Assembly: GCA_030390025.1 (NCBI GenBank)
Contig: CM059432.1
Span: forward strand, 100,008,001-100,072,000
Source of the DNA: Squalus acanthias
Taxonomy: Eukaryota
Direction of reading: 5' to 3'
DNA: 64,000 bases
Below the pieces are notes generated by a model, which worked only from the letters and a program-made list of their open reading frames with translations, was not told where the DNA came from and made no database searches. Numbering within the stretch: the first letter of the stretch is position 1; the number at the start of each line of letters is the position of its first letter. The position numbers and the translations under genes were made by a program. Of the stretch, positions 23,859 through 36,700 are shown piece by piece.

Positions 23859-24589
23859 CCTTTCTCTTTGCCATCCTAAATACCCCTTCACCTGAACCCC
23901 TATCTTCTATTTCCAGCTTAGCTTTTCTCCCTTCTGATTCTACCCTCAGGTTCCCATCCCCCTGCCAAGCTAGTTTAAACTCTCCCCAACAGCACTAGAA
24001 AAACCGCCCACGAGGATATTGGTCCCGTTCCCGTTGAGGTGCAACCCATCTGGCTTGTAGAGGTCCCACCTCCCCCAGAAACGGTTCCAATTCCTCAGGA
24101 ATCTAAAGCCCTCCCTCCTACACCATCTCTCCAGCCACGCATTCATCTGCTCTATCTTCCTATTTCTGTACTCACTAGCACGTGGCACTGGTAGTAATCC
24201 GGAGGTTACTACCTTTGAGCTCCTGCTTTTTAACCTCTTTCCTAGCTCCCTAAACTCTGTAGTTACATGAGTCATACATTGATACATGCAGTGAACTGAA
24301 TCACTAAATAGGACAGATACTGTGGCAACATTGGTTTCACTTAGAGGATGATTAGAATCGGGCCCTCTGTTTCATCAACCTCGGAAATTATGGGGCTGTA
24401 TTATTTCTGTGGTGTTACCCTGGCTCCCTGAAGTAACTCTAGCAGGTGGGGATGGAAAATCGGGCAGGAAGCTAATGTTCCATTACCTGTCACAGGCCAG
24501 AAGCCCACCCAAATTATTGAAGGGTACCTGACCAAGGGAAATCTTAGGCAGGGTGGGCTTGTTTTGAACTTTCAACTTCAACGATTGCA

Positions 24590-24737
24590 CAAAACGGACG
24601 ATATAGGATCAGCAGCCCATTATACACCCTGCCCAATTTTCCTTTCAAGTCAATGGAAGGAAAATCAGGCAGGGTGTATATAATAGACAGCTGATCCGAT
24701 AACACCCATTTATCTTTGGGCACTACCTTAAAATTCC
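24590..24737. mobile_element. Short palindromic MITE-like repeat
   Basis: attatacaccctgcc..ttttcctt / aaggaaaat..ggcagggtgtataat; related to 31048-31234, ~47297-47414 and ~54590-54718. Confidence 0.55.
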
Positions 24738-25009
24738 CAGTTGTTTCTAACTTGATTCCAGGCTGTGCACATTCCTGCATTTGAGCATTCAGGCTTGCCA
24801 TAGCCCTTATGGCTTTGCTCTCTTATTTTGTGCTGGCCTTCTACATCTACCTTCAACCTTTGATATTTAGGTCTACTGGAAGACTCAACCTATCTCCTGG
24901 ACAACATAACACTTCAGTAGATCTTATTGTGGTTTCTCTTTTGTGTAGTTTGCACTTTGATTTCTAACCTACTTCAAGCTTAGCTTCCCCTACTCATCTA
25001 GCTTAGAAA

Positions 25010-25099
25010 TGTAACAGATGCCAAGACTGCTAACCAATTAGCAGCCCTACTCCCTAGAGCAAGGCTGTTAATTGGTTAGTGACCTTGGCATCTGTTACA
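25010..25099. repeat. 90-bp imperfect palindrome (43-bp arms, 4-nt loop)
   Basis: tgtaacagatgccaag..ctaaccaatta / taattggttag..cttggcatctgttaca. Confidence 0.85.
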
Positions 25100-26028
25100 C
25101 TTGCTTAACTGCCCTATCACTCGGATCTCATTTGTAGTCAATACCTTTCTGGAGATATTTTCAAGGGAAAATAATGTCTTAACACAAAGACTGCTTATGC
25201 TGCCCTTGACACTGGTAGTGGATGGTGCTACACAACCATTGTGATAACTCTCCTACAGTACTACTGAGGCTTCTGCAATGCAATTGGCCTGTTTCTTTTA
25301 CAGATACGGAATAGCCTGAACCTTTGCACTAGATTGGTCAAAAGGGAAAAGGTGGATTCTGAATATTGCCTCCATTCATGTGGAATGAGATTCCTACGGG
25401 TCCTGAACTCTCTGTTTGGGACCATATGGTGTCAGTTAATTCAGGGTGGCAATCCTCACCATTCATTTGGAGAATAATATTAGTTGTGCGCTTCAAGGTC
25501 CTGTTTTGCTGCACAAGCACATCATAAGTTAATAAGAGACGAAGGCCCTGAAATTGGAGCCTTTAGCGCCAGCCGTTAAGGCTGGCTTGGAAGAAAAAAT
25601 GGTGGCTGCCTTGCTTCTGCCCACTTCCGGTGGGTCCCGTGGCGGCCGCCATATTGGGAAGGTCAGCAGCGCTGCCATTGCCTGTGCTCACTGCAGATAT
25701 TTAGATGAGGCAGATTGTGGCGTCAATGAGTGCGCAACGCTGATTTGATGCACAATCTGCCATTTTGGACATTACCACTCCATTTAACGACTTCTAATCA
25801 CGACCAGCTGACCATGCGTTCAGCAGCAGGAAGGACCCACCAGCAGCACGATTTGAAAGGATCATCAACTTGCTTTTTCAATTCTACTCGCTCTGTGTAA
25901 GTTTGTGCAACTGTTCGGAGGTTTCTAGAGTTGTTTAAAGTTGCAGAGGTCACATGGCGTGCTGCTGCAAGTGGAGAATGCCTTGCTTCTGATTTCAAAA
26001 GTTCTGCTCACACCACTTGCTCCCAGTC

Positions 26029-27190
26029 ATGGGGGTTCGACTCACAGTCCCCCTTGCACTCAAGTATGACAGGAAGATGGAACAAAGGCAGCAAAGAAGA
26101 GGACAAGATGCTCATAGAGGGAGGAGGAGGAGGGGCAGGAGGGCTTTCAGCAGGAGGCCTTACCCACCTAAGGTCTTCAGGGAGCACTTCTCCTACCTGC
26201 ACTTAAGCCAGGATCAGTGTATTCAGAGGCTCCGCATCACCAAGGATGTGGTCACAGAACTTTGCCAGCTCCTGCAACCAGACCTGCAGCCTCAGAGCAG
26301 GGAGTGGCCCTCAAGGTCACCGTGGCCCTCAATTTTTTCGCCACCGGATCTTTCCAGTCTGGAGCAGGCAACATAACTAACATCTCCCAGTTTGTCATCC
26401 AGCGCTGCATCTGGGAGGTCACAGGGGCTCTGCACTCCAGGAGAAGGGACTTCATTGTCTTCTCTCTGAACAGAGAGAAGCAGGAGGAGTGCGCATGTGG
26501 CTTTGCCAGGATATCGGGCTTCCCCACGGTGCAGGGCGCCATCGACTGCAGACACTTTGGGGGTGCTGCATATCAATCTTCAGATGTTCCGCAACCGCAA
26601 AGTCTACCACTCACTTAATGTGCAGTTGGTGTGCGACCACGCCCAGCGCATCATGATGGTGAATGCCCGATATCCTGACAGCAGTCACGGTGCCTTCATC
26701 CTGCGCCAGTCCGGTGTGCCAGCAATCTTCCAGCCACCATGTCAACCCCAAGGGTGGCTGCTTGGAGACAAGGGCTATCCGCTCTACACCTGGCTGTTGA
26801 CAGCCCTCTGCAAGCCCACCACACATGACCAGCACTCATATAATGAGAGCCATGCTGCCACGAGGAACCTCATTGCACAGACCATCGGGGTGCTGAAGCA
26901 ATGGTTCCGCTGTCTTGACTGCTCATGAGGTGCACTCCAGTACTCGCCAGAGTGGGTGTCCCATTTTGTGGTGGTCTGCTGCATCCTCCACAACTTGACC
27001 ATCACGAGGGCACAGCACTTACGACCACGGGTTCCGGGACAACCACAGGAGGAGGAGGAAAAGGAGGAGGTGGAAGGGAGGAGGTGGTGAAAGAGGAGAG
27101 AATGAGGAGGAAGGGAGGAGGCAGGCAGCAGATCCCCATTCCAGACAGGCTATCCATGAACGCCTCATCAGACTCTGGTTCCAGTGAATG
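26029..27190 (+). pseudogene. Harbinger DDE transposase, frameshifted
   Basis: RRPYPPKVFREHFSYL, ALNFFATGSFQ, GAIDC, HSLNVQLVCD, LLGDKGYPL, TIGVLKQWFRCLD. Confidence 0.88.
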
Positions 27191-27377
27191 AAACCCCAGA
27201 TCCCCATTGCTCACCGCTTCTCCATCTTACCATCCCTCTGTCACAGAACATCACAGCCTTCTCCTTGGCAGAAAGCCGAAAGCCTCCACAAAACAAACAT
27301 TCCAAACATAATTTATAAATGTATCAAATCCAAATCAAAACATCAATGTCAACTAATCACCCTTGTGCATTCCCTAA

Positions 27378-28252
27378 GGCTGCAATTTTATCAGCACTGA
27401 GAGGGCGGGTTTGGAGGCAGGTCAAGGGTCAAAATCATTTTGATTAATGGTGGATTCGATCCCGCCATCAACCCACCTCCAAACAATTTTCCCAAGTGTC
27501 GGGTCCCCGATTTGCGCATGGACCCGACACCTAGCGGCGGGACGAGGATTAAAGCCACTTACCTGGCTGTTAACAGGTACTTGATACTTGTTAAAAGGCT
27601 CTTTTTCATTTTTGCCGCTTTTGCCTCGGGGTTCCCAACTTCCGGACACCACGCCAGGTAAGTGTGGCGTGTTGTGAGTCTGCTGTAGTGTTTCTGCATT
27701 GATAACAGCCGCAGAAGTGGTGTGAAGGATCCAATGGTGCACTGGTGAGTTTCAGAGGTAAGGAAATGCTGGGAAAATCATTTTTAATGCTTTTGCACTT
27801 CTCTGTAGGTAAAAAGTTTTGAAATCGATATCTAGTCTCACCTCATTGGGAGAACCTCTCTCACTAGTGACAGATCGCTTCTGTAACCTCACCTGCAGCT
27901 GCCATCTGTTCCAGCCTATGGAGAGAGTCACTGGAGAGCCTCGGTGCAAGAGCTCACCTTTGTACAGTGATTGTCAGTGTTTGCAGCACCTCAATGCTGT
28001 CAAACAGTGAGAAATGAGCTGTCAAAGAAAGATTGTGCGTGGTCCCTTCAAGAAAACCGGCAGATGACGCATCATCAAATGATATCATCTGACCGGATTC
28101 CTCTTAATTGGCCGGCAAGCCCGCAGGGCGGGCTTAACAAGGTCAATCAGCATAAAATCACGTCCGTGGGCCGGATGTAGTTGGGGGCAGGACTGAAAGC
28201 CAGAAACCACCTGACCCGTTCCCAACCCGCATCTATTTACAAATTTGTGGCC
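27378..28252 (+). mobile_element. Non-autonomous TIR element (family M4)
   Basis: Ends ggctgcaatttt / aaatttgtggcc; inverted relative at 61384-62254. Confidence 0.82.
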
Positions 28253-28255
28253 TTA

Positions 28256-28930
28256 GGGCTGGATTTTGATACTGAGGCGGGTTGGGGTCATGTCATCCAC
28301 TTTTTGTGTTATCCACCCGACTGCAATTGGATGTGGGAGATTGATGCGATTTTCACCTAATTGGGCAATTGAGTTCCAGCATGTGGGAACCCATGACCCA
28401 ATTAGTGTTTTCAGTCTGAAAGTCACCTCTGATGATGTCATCATTTCTGCTGCATTGAAGGTCTGCAAAGACTGCCTGGCCTTTGCTGTGAGAGGACCCG
28501 GATGCAAAATGAGCAGCAGCAGCCCTAAGTCTGCTCCCAGATATTTTTGCACCACCACTCCCAGATATGTCTCCCTTTTACCACCACTCCCAGATATGTC
28601 TCCCTTGTACCACCACTCCTAGGCCAGCCGGCCGGCCAAATGTGCTCCCGCCAGGTTTCACATTCGTGGTTCAGAACAGGCGTGCTTCATGTAGAAAAGG
28701 GGTTAAAATCACAAAGGCCTTTCAAAATGGCATTATAGAGGCAATTTAGTGCATGTTAAGGGCCTTAACAGCCTATCCCGCCTCTTAGAGGCAGGACGGA
28801 GTCGGGACCAGCAGACACGATTTAATGAAAATTGCGTGGAGGCGGGCTTGTGCCCACCCGCCAGTTTTTACAATTTTAACCCCCCACACGACTCCAAACC
28901 CACCTCCATGGGTCAATGAAAATCCAGCCC
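28256..28930 (-). mobile_element. Family M2 element, inverted copy, with internal 28-bp tandem repeat
   Basis: Reverse complement of 7956-8534; TIR gggctggatttt; caccactcccagatatgtctccc unit repeated at ~28530-28620. Confidence 0.85.
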
Positions 28931-28957
28931 TAGTGTCTGTCCTTCATGTGCCTTTGC

Positions 28958-30750
28958 CTACTCTAGTGTTCCTATGAAGTGCTCCCCCCGTGGCTGCAGT
29001 ATGGCTGGTGAAAGGCTGCTGACTTTCTGTGGGGGAGACTGCAGGTGGCCTTGCAGGACGACTTCGAGCAGCTCTGGCGCTAGAAGGCCCGGCTGTAGAT
29101 TCCACCACCTCGGCATGGGCGGCAGCAGTCTGGCTAGCTGGATGACAGGCAGCAGCCAGGGCACTGGTGGAGTGGCAATGGTGGGAGTATAGATGCTGTC
29201 ATCCAGAGAGAGGACAGCAGGTTCTTGCTCCACGGAGCCACTGCCACTCCCCCGGGGCGGCACCTCAGCATTCCTAGCCATCTGTTGGGGGACAGATTGC
29301 CAGAGTGCTGCGACACCCTGCAAGCCCCTTTCCACACTTGTAAACCCAGCCACGATGGTAACAGTCTGAGGTTCCACTGCAGCACGAAGACATTGGGCCA
29401 TTTCCGCTTGTGCTGCAATAGAAGCTGCGACATCGCCCATCACACCAAGCATCATGGTTAGGTCCACAAGATCTATCATGGAGTTGCCCATCATTTCCAT
29501 CCTAGAAATCACGAGCTCCAAGCTCTGCGCAAAGCCCAATGCAATGTTGGAGCTGGACTCCTCCATGCTCCTTGACACTGACAAGAAGCTCTCTGGCAGG
29601 CTTTCTATTGCATCTAGCATTTCTGTGTGCATGCCCATCACCCTTCTTCTGAAGGTCACCCCATCAAAGTCATCACCTGAGTCCTGTGCAGCAGAACTCG
29701 TATGCAGACTGACCCTTCGTAGACCTGGTACCCAAGCTACCCTTTCCCCCTGGCCTGGTTGCAGCCCACTCATGCCTTGTGATTCACCACGTGCAGATCT
29801 AATCTCAATACTACTCTCTAAAGTAGATGCAGTGCTATTTTCTGAGCTGGTGACTGCAAGTGTCAGATGCAGTGCCAGTGTGTCTTCTTCTTCTCTATCA
29901 CTGTCCTCCTCGATCACTTCAGGGTCTGGCTGGCCAGGGTGGAGTTCTTGGGCATCTGAAAGGAGAAAGGCACAAGGGTTGGGTTGTGGTGAGGGGAGGG
30001 GAGGTAAGATGTGCATGTTTATACCATCAGAAGCTTGTTAGTGATAAGAGATTGTGGGATGAGGGGGGAAGTGGGATGTGAGTAGAAGGATTAGGTAAGA
30101 GTATACCATCATCATCAGCAATGCTTTCAACTTCCCCGCTCGCCACGGACTCTGAGATTTCCCCTCTAATTAAGTCAAGAACTGAAACGGTTCTGAAGTC
30201 TGGCTTCCCCTCCACCCGTCTGCTGCTGCTCCCAGCAGTTGTGTGCCACCTTTGCCTGCAAGAAAAAAGGAAGTTTGTCGGTGAGTGTGGTGCAATGTGT
30301 TTGGGTGATATGACTGCCATGTTGAATAGCTGGCAGTGTGTGCAAGGTGTGATATATGGGTGTGAGTCTTGCAGCAGTGCTAAATGTATAAGGGTGAAGT
30401 GAAGCTATGATTGTGAGGTATGAATGGTGTTTGCTAGAGATTGCTGCTAGGTGAGTGCTGGGAGTGTTGTGCATTAAGCAGTGTGTGAGACTTGTGGTGC
30501 AGATGGTGGGATATGGCATTTGGTGTTGCATTCACTCACCTTGACCACTCATGTGCGGTCATTAAACTTTTTGCGGCACTGGATCCGTCACTCGTTGCAG
30601 TGACGGCTTGAGCAATCTCCTCCCACAGCATTCTGCTGTTCAGCCTTGACGGCTTCCTGTCCCCCTTCGGGTAGAGGACTTCACACCATCTTTGCACTCT
30701 CAGGACCAAGGCCTCCAGTGCCACATCTAAAATCTCCTTTCCCTTTCCCA
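28958..30750 (-). pseudogene. Harbinger Myb/SANT-like gene, three exons (~30750-30540, ~30255-30107, ~29956-28958)
   Basis: ALEALV..LYP..RKPSR..WEEIAQAV; GT-AG junctions on the minus strand; long acidic, low-complexity last exon (ORF 28958-30016). Confidence 0.75.
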
Positions 30751-31047
30751 TGGCTCTGTCCACAATGACAATGAGGTGCTTCTGCAACAAAGCACCTCCT
30801 CCTTAAGTAGTACAGAGAGCCTAGGCCAAACTTTATTGGCCCGTAGACTGCACCCGATATTTGGTCCCTTGTTCAGTGCTAAGCCAACCAGCAGCGAGTT
30901 TAACATTGAGTTCAGCGCTGCAAACATTATATTGAGCAGGCAGCACGAATTTTGCGTGCTGCCTGCACCACTTTGAATGGGCGCGGGCACATAGTGCTGC
31001 ACGATGCCCTCGCCCATTTTCGAGACTTATCCAATTTCTAGGCCAAA

Positions 31048-31234
31048 GGGTATGAAATTGGTCTTTAAAAGTAGTGCAAAACGGGTGTTAATGAATCGGA
31101 ACCTATTTTACAACACGCCTGAATTTCTTTTCCATTGAATTCAATAGAATAGTAAATTGGGCGAGGTAAATTGAAATGGGTTACCGATTTGCTATTGCTC
31201 GTTATGCACTACAGCCGAAGACCAATTTCACCCC
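31048..31234. mobile_element. 187-bp palindromic MITE abutting Harbinger C
   Basis: gggtatgaaattggtc / gaccaatttcacccc; AAA TSD. Confidence 0.75.
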
Positions 31235-32009
31235 AAAAGTGGCACAAACGCAAAAATATTTAAAAACATTAAAATAAAAGTATGATTTATGAACTCAGAA
31301 TGGCCCTGGGACAAGGACCATTACACCTAATTATGCTCGGCTTCAGTTCACAAGTCATATATGTATTGAGTTTTAAACTTGCAAAACAGAAGAGAGAAAA
31401 AATAGAAAAATGGGATATTTGCATCATACATTTATTACGATGAATGTGAATCTCCTGCTTCAAAGCGCAGCTGAAATAAAATATTTCCACTCTGATATAC
31501 GATGGGAGTAAACAATTAGGCACACTTCACGAAGTGGATATTATTACCAATTAATTGTAAATTCAAAGTAAATGCGAATTTGCAGCTGAAGTACAAATAT
31601 GGCTTCTGTGGCATTTATAATGCTGGAAAGAATCAGCTCTTTTCTGAACGTGCACGAGCAGAATATTGGCAATATGCCTGCATCTCTATTATTCTTGACT
31701 CAAAAAGACTAATTGCCAATTTATATTTGGCTGTATGCTGCAGTCTGCTGCCACGAGCTAAACCTGGGAAAAGTGCATATTTAATTAAAACCCAAAAAAT
31801 GTTTAGGGGCAAACACTTACAAGATTTTAAAAATCTAGCAACCAAGAAACTAATAGGCAAAATATTTCTTCAATCCAGAAGAGGTGAATTTAGACTGGTC
31901 AAAAGAAACAACAAATGTCACTTTTAAAAGCCCTGTTCTGGATCTTTAAGAAAATCTGGAAAGATTTTAATTTTGGGTAGAATTATTTGAATTCATTTTA
32001 TATCAACAA

Positions 32010-32315
32010 CACAGTGGCTTAGTGGTTAGCACTGTTGCCTCACAGCGCCAGGGACCCGGGTTCGAATCTGGCCTCGGGTGACTGTCTGTGTGGAGTTTGC
32101 ACATTCTCCCCGTGTCTGTGTGGGTTTCCTCCGGGTGCTCCGGTTTCCTCCCACAGTCCAAAGATGTGCGGGTTAGGTTGATTTGGCTATGATAAATTGA
32201 CCCTTAGTGTTAGGGGGGTTAAATACGTGGGGTTATGGGGATAGGGTGGGATATGTGTTGGTGCAGGCTTGATGGGCCTGAAATGGCCTCTATCTGCACT
32301 GTGGGGATTCTGTGA
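32010..32315 (+). mobile_element. tRNA-derived V-SINE (HE1-like) with CR1-type tail
   Basis: A box tggcttagtgg at 32015; B box ggttcgaatc at ~32059; V-domain gtggagtttgcacattctccccgtgtctg..ggtttcctcccacagtccaaa; tail gatgggcc..tggcct. Confidence 0.88.
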
Positions 32316-32485
32316 ACACAAAGCTGCTGTAACTCTGAGAGGGCTCCTGTTTTAATCGCATGATTGCAGCAGTTGTGAGTTGTTTCCATTTAATAACATG
32401 AAATTCAAATAATTTTACACAAAATTAAAATCTTCTGAGAATTTCTTAAAAGTTGATGTCGATATTAAGTAAAATTCAAAATCAT

Positions 32486-33231
32486 GGCCCAAAATTTGCT
32501 GCAGCCCGCTGTTAGTTAGACTTGCCCTTGCCCGTTCAATCTCTGTGACCTTTTGCCCTGCAACTTGCTGGAAGTGGGAGATGGCAATAACGTGGCGCCC
32601 TCTACGGGGCATCAAAGATTTGAGTGAACAGGGCAAGCAATTGTGTATCTCCTTAACCAATCAGATTGAAAGATTGTGAAATTAACAGCGCAAGGACTGA
32701 GAAGGAAGTGTAAATTAGAGTGGGTGAATTCAATGTCAAATCAGGTACAGAAAGAGAAATAACAAGAGGGAAAAAAAGATTGGATTAAGAGAAAGAAAAA
32801 AAAGAAAACATTTAAAAAAATTGTAATTTAATTTTTTTTAAATCTCCAACAACAATTAAAACCTGAATGAATAAGACTCCACGCTTGTAATAGTTAATTT
32901 TCAGTGCCAGAGAAGTTGACTGGCTGTAATTAACACTTATCACATCATTAAAAGTGTACTTGAATTTGAAATGACTTGATTTAACTTTCTGTAGTGAGCT
33001 TACTTCGTATCTACCATGCAAATACAAGATTTTCACACCACTCAATGCATTTGAATGGGAAGCCAGACAGCGGGATGCCGTTTTTGTGAAGCTAATGACG
33101 AATTGGCGCTTCTCCAACAACAACTTTTCAATTTCCACGTTTAATCACGCCTCTGCCCTCGCCTGATATTGCGCATAAATAACGGCAAGCACTATTAGCC
33201 TCACCATTATTTTGATAGTAAATTTTGGGCT
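32486..33231. mobile_element. Non-autonomous Harbinger-type TIR element
   Basis: ggcccaaaatttgct / agtaaattttgggct; flanks CAT/AAT. Confidence 0.7.
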
Positions 33232-33788
33232 AATGTTATGAGATTCCATTGTGAAATGGGTTGCTAAGCCAATCAAGGATCATAGAAAATAGAAATCTCA
33301 GCTGTGAGAATCGTTAATTAGTGGAAAGCTGAATTTAGCAAACCATTATCAGAGAAGCCATGGGCTCTAGACATAAGCTACGATTGGTGACCTTTAACAT
33401 TGTTATTTTACCAATTTCCACCAATAAATTCGCAAGATGTTCTGAGTTGGTGAATTGATTAAAAATTGATCTTTGCCCAATTTTTACCTTTTATTTGTCC
33501 TAAAACTGCTTTCAAAATTCTGAATACTCCTGCTCCTTTTGGATCCTGAAATGTGCGTGCGTCACACAGGTGAAGTCATCACGCTTGTTGTGTGATGCAC
33601 ACAGCCAGTAGTATAGAAACATAGAAACATAGAAGATAGGAGCAGGAGCAGGCCATTCGGCCCCTCGAGCCTGTTCCACCATTTAATGAGATCATGGTTG
33701 ATCATCCAAATTCAGTACCCCGTCCCTGCTTTCTCCCCATATCCCTTGATCCCCTTAGCCTTAAGAAATATATCTAACTCCTTCTTGA

Positions 33789-36700
33789 TTGCTACCAGTG
33801 CCACGTGCTAGTCAGAGTAGAAATAGGAGGATATTTCAAATGAATACGTGGCTAGAGGAATGGTGCAAGGGGGAGGGATTCAAATTCCTTGGACATTGGA
33901 ACCGGTTCTGGGGGAGGTGGGACCAGTACAAACGGGACGGTCTGCACCTGGGCAGGGCTGGGACCGAAGTCCTAGGGGGAGTGTTTGCTAGCGCTGTTGG
34001 GGAGGGTTTAAACTAAAGTGGCAGGGGGTTGGGAACCTGAGCAGGGAGACAGAGGAAAGGGAAACAAGGATAAAAGCTAAAGACAGGAAGGAGAAAAACA
34101 AAAGTAGAAGGCAAAGAACTCAACGGTTTAAATCAAACATGGTCACAGTAAATAATAATTCATATAGGTCTGAGAGCATTAAAAAAACAAGCCTGAAGGC
34201 TTTGTGTCTTAATGCAAGGAGCATTCGGAACAAGGTGGATGAATTAGCTGCGCAAATAGAGGTAAATGAATATGATTTGATTGGGATTACAGAAACATGG
34301 CTCCAGGGTGGCCAAGGCTGGGAATTCAACATCCAGGGTTATTCAATATTCAGGAAAGATAGGCAAAAAAGAAAGGGAGGTGGGGTAGCATTGCTGGTTA
34401 AAGAGGGGATTAACACAATTGAAAGGAAGGATATTAGCTCTGATGATGCGGAATCTGTATGGGTAGAACTGAGAAATAACAAGGGGCAGAAAACGTTAGT
34501 GGGAGTGGTATATAGACCTCCAAACAGTAATACGGAGGTTGAGGACGGCATTAAAAGGGAAATTAGAGAAGCATGCAGTAAGGGCACAGCAGTCATCATG
34601 GGTGACTTTAATTTACATATAGATTGGGCTAACCAAATTAGTAAAAATACTGTGGAGGAGGAATTCCTAGAATGTTTACGGGATGGTTTTCTGGAACAAT
34701 ATGTCGAGGAACCAACCAGAGATCAGGTTCATCTTAGACTGGGTATTATGTAACGAGAAAGGATTAATTAGCAATCTTGTTGTACGAGGCCCCTTGGGTC
34801 AGAGTGATCATAATATGATAGAATTCTTCATTAGGATGGAGAGTGAAGTAGTTGAATCAGAGACTAGGGTCCTGAATTTAAATAAAGGAAACTACGATGG
34901 TATGAGGCGCAAATTGGGTAGGATTGATTGGGGAATGTCACTCAAGGGGTTGATGGTGGATAGGCAATGGCAAACATTCAAAGACTGCATGGATGAACTA
35001 CAGAATTTGTTCATCCCAGTGTGGCATAAGAATAAAACAAAAAGGGTGACTCAACCGTGGCTAACAAGGGAAATTAGGGATAGCATAAGATTCAAGGAGA
35101 GGGCATATAAATTGGCCAGAAAAAGCGGTAACCCTGAGGATTGGGAGCAGTTTAGGATTCAACAAAGGAGGACAAAGGGATTAATTAAGAAGGGGAAAAT
35201 AGAATATGAAAGTAAGCTTGCAGGGAACATAAAAACTGACTGTAAGAGCTTTTATAGATATGTGAAGAGAAAAAGATTAGTGAAATCAAGTGTAGGTCCC
35301 TTGCAGTCAGAAGTGGGGGAAGTTATAATGGGGAACAAAGAAATGGCTGACCAATTAAATGCATATTTTGGTTCTGTCTTAACAATGGAGGACACAAATA
35401 ACCTCCCAGATATGTTGGAGAACATACGGTCTGATGAAAGGGAGGAACTGAAAGAAATCAGTATTTGCAGGGAAATGGTGTTAGGGAAATTGATGGGATT
35501 GAAGGCTGATAAATCCCCAGGGCCTGATAATCTACATCCTAGGGTACTTAAGGAACTGGCCCTAGATATATTAGATGCATTGCTGATCATCTTCCAACAT
35601 TCGATGGAATCTGGAACTGTACCCATGGATGGGAGGGTAGCTAATGTTACTCCACTATTCAAAAAGGGTGGTAGAGAGAAAGCGGGGAATTACAGACCGG
35701 TAAGCCTGACATTGGTAGTGGGGAAAATGCTAGAGTCCATTATAAAGGATGTAATAGCTGAGCACTTGAAAAACAGTGACAGGATCGGACAAAGTCAACA
35801 TGGATTTACAAAAGGTAAATCATGCTTGACTAATCTACTGGAATTTTTTGAGGATGTAACTGGGAAAATAGATAAGGGAGAATCAGTAGATGTGGTGTAT
35901 TTGGACTTTCAAAAGGCTTTCGATAAGGTCCCGCAAAAGAGATTAGCGTGTAAAGTTAAGGCACATGGGATTGGGGGCAAGTATTGACTTGGATAGAGAA
36001 CTGGTTGGCGGACAGAAAGCAGAGAGTAGGAATTAATGGGTCTTTTTCCGAGTGGCAAGCAGTGACTAGTGGGGTACCGCAGGGATCGGTCCTTGGACCC
36101 CAGCTATTCACCATATATATTAATGATCTAGATAAGGGAACTAAATGTAATATCTCCAAGTTTGCAGATGACACAAAGCTGGGTGGGAGTGTGTGCTGCG
36201 AGGAGGATACCGAGAAACTCCAGGATGATTTGGACAGGTTGGGTGAGTGGGCAGAAGCGTGGCAGATGCAATATATAATGTGGATAAATGCGAGGTTATC
36301 CACTTTGGTGTCAAAAACAGAAAGGCAGACTATTATCTGAATGGCAATAGATTGGGAGAAGGGGAAGTGCAACGAGACCTGGGTGTCCTTGTGCACCAGT
36401 CGCTGAAAGTAAGCATGCAGGTGCAGCAGGCGGTGAAGAAGGCAAATGGTATGTCGGCCTTCATAGCGAAAGGGTTGGAGTATAGGAACAGGGATGTCCT
36501 GCTGCAGTTGTACAGGGCCTTGGTGAGACCACACCTTGAATACTGTGTGCAGTTTTGGTCGCCTTATCTGAGGAAGGATGTTCTTGCCATGGAAGGAGTT
36601 CAGCGAAGATTCACAAGGCTGATACCTGGGATGGCAGGAATGACATATGAGGAGAGATTGGGTCGATTGGGCTTATACTTGCTGGAGTATAGAAGAATGA

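Larger units (their letters stand above)
19841..24258 (-). mobile_element. Long CR1 LINE: ORF1 esterase (SGNH-type) C-terminus, APE endonuclease, RT; frameshifted
   Basis: ORFs 23970-24287 (SGLLPVPR..DGLHLN), 23240-23509 (IAITETWL), 22689-23249 (VYRPP, SDH), 21793-22257, 19933-20700; aagaacat tail. Confidence 0.95.
25544..31044. mobile_element. Full-length decayed Harbinger transposon C (~3.95 kb plus two nested MITEs)
   Basis: TIRs ggccctgaaattgg / ccaatttctaggcc; transposase on +, spliced Myb gene on -. Confidence 0.88.

Noticed and set aside
25290..25480. Host exon after the acceptor-like gtttcttttacag
   Set aside because: Open frame of ~57 codons has no recognisable homology, no convincing donor and no partner exons
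28530..28620. CRISPR-like array
   Set aside because: About three 28-bp tandem units with no unique spacers, inside a MITE in eukaryotic DNA
31250..31930. ORFs 31287-31523, 31580-31927 and 31633-31860 as genes
   Set aside because: AT-rich, overlapping on both strands, no recognisable domain; conservation as non-coding DNA cannot be judged from this window
32010..32075. tRNA gene
   Set aside because: A/B boxes continue into a V-domain and CR1-type tail with no acceptor stem or terminator; it is a SINE head
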